Source of the DNA: a virus
Taxonomy: Duplodnaviria > Caudoviricetes
IMG/VR virus record: IMGVR_UViG_3300022074_006436
Location: 1 to 36,065 of that record
Reading direction: 5' to 3' (one strand)
Length of the DNA stretch: 36,065 nt
The notes below the pieces were generated by a model. The model saw only the letters and a program-made list of their open reading frames with translations. It made no database searches and was not told the origin of the DNA. The translations under genes and the position numbers were made by a program. How positions within the stretch are numbered: the first letter of the stretch is position 1; each line of letters starts with the position of its first letter. Shown one piece after another: positions 35,664-36,065 of this stretch.

Positions 35664-36065
35664 ATGGGAAAAAAATACGGAGGAAAACTTGGCGGTTCTA
35701 TAATTATACCGGAGAGAGAAAGAGCCGTAAATAATATCAAAAAAGATGATAAGTATTTTTTTAAAGTCGATGAGGATACTGGCAACGTAGAAGTTTATCG
35801 CTACAACGATGCTGAGAGATCATCAAGTCTTCTTGGCGAATCTACTAAAAATATTAAAATAGGAGATTATGATGCCAAAAAAGGAGAATTCTCTCATGTA
35901 GACGGTGCTGTAACAGATGAAGAAAAAGAATTTTTCTCTAGAGATCAAGTTGCAGAAAGATACATAACAAAACCAGCTAAAATAGCTTTAGAAAAAGGTC
36001 TTTTAAATGATAATAAAGTTAATAACCTAGAAGAAGCAGCAAAAGAAGCAAAAGATACAGTAGAT
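35664..36065 (+). CDS. Late gene, 5' part only (by synteny possibly gp48 tail-tube cap)
   Basis: MGKKYGGKLGGSIIIPERERAVNNIKKDDKYFFKVDE... is open to the window end. Product suggested by position only. Confidence 0.6.
   Translation, partial: MGKKYGGKLGGSIIIPERERAVNNIKKDDKYFFKVDEDTGNVEVYRYNDAERSSSLLGESTKNIKIGDYDAKKGEFSHVDGAVTDEEKEFFSRDQVAERYITKPAKIALEKGLLNDNKVNNLEEAAKEAKDTVD

Noticed and set aside
1-36065. CRISPR array, intron, intein or homing endonuclease
   Set aside because: No spaced repeats or such motifs seen. The repeats found are in-frame coding repeats, and the nuclease fold of gp4 is the normal head-completion protein.

Overview
AT-rich virion-morphogenesis region of a T4-like (Kyanoviridae-type) cyanomyophage. 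Nearly all genes from 1 to 34774 are on the minus strand. In transcription order (right to left): a gp54/tube-like gene, gp26, gp51, two tape-measure-like proteins (one with a lysozyme-like C-terminal domain), a gp27-like hub, the auxiliary metabolic gene cp12, and a gp5-like spike module split over several genes. Next is a small island with a consensus sigma70 promoter, four tiny ORFs, tRNA-Leu(UAA) and a terminator. Then comes about 19 kb of tail fibre, adaptor and Ig/Gly-rich proteins under T4-type late promoters. A divergent plus-strand unit (gp4, gp2-like, probable gp48 start) closes the window. The strongest unexplained signal is a complete -1 programmed ribosomal frameshift cassette (internal SD, T_TTT_TTC heptamer, downstream stem-loop) that would fuse gp26 to gp51, as in lambda G/GT and P2 E/E'. 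Also notable: a candidate ~63-nt sRNA partly complementary to the cyanobacterial Yfr1 motif, and an apparent adaptor/docking-peptide organisation of the fibre genes. All product calls come from motif recognition and synteny by eye; no searches were run.
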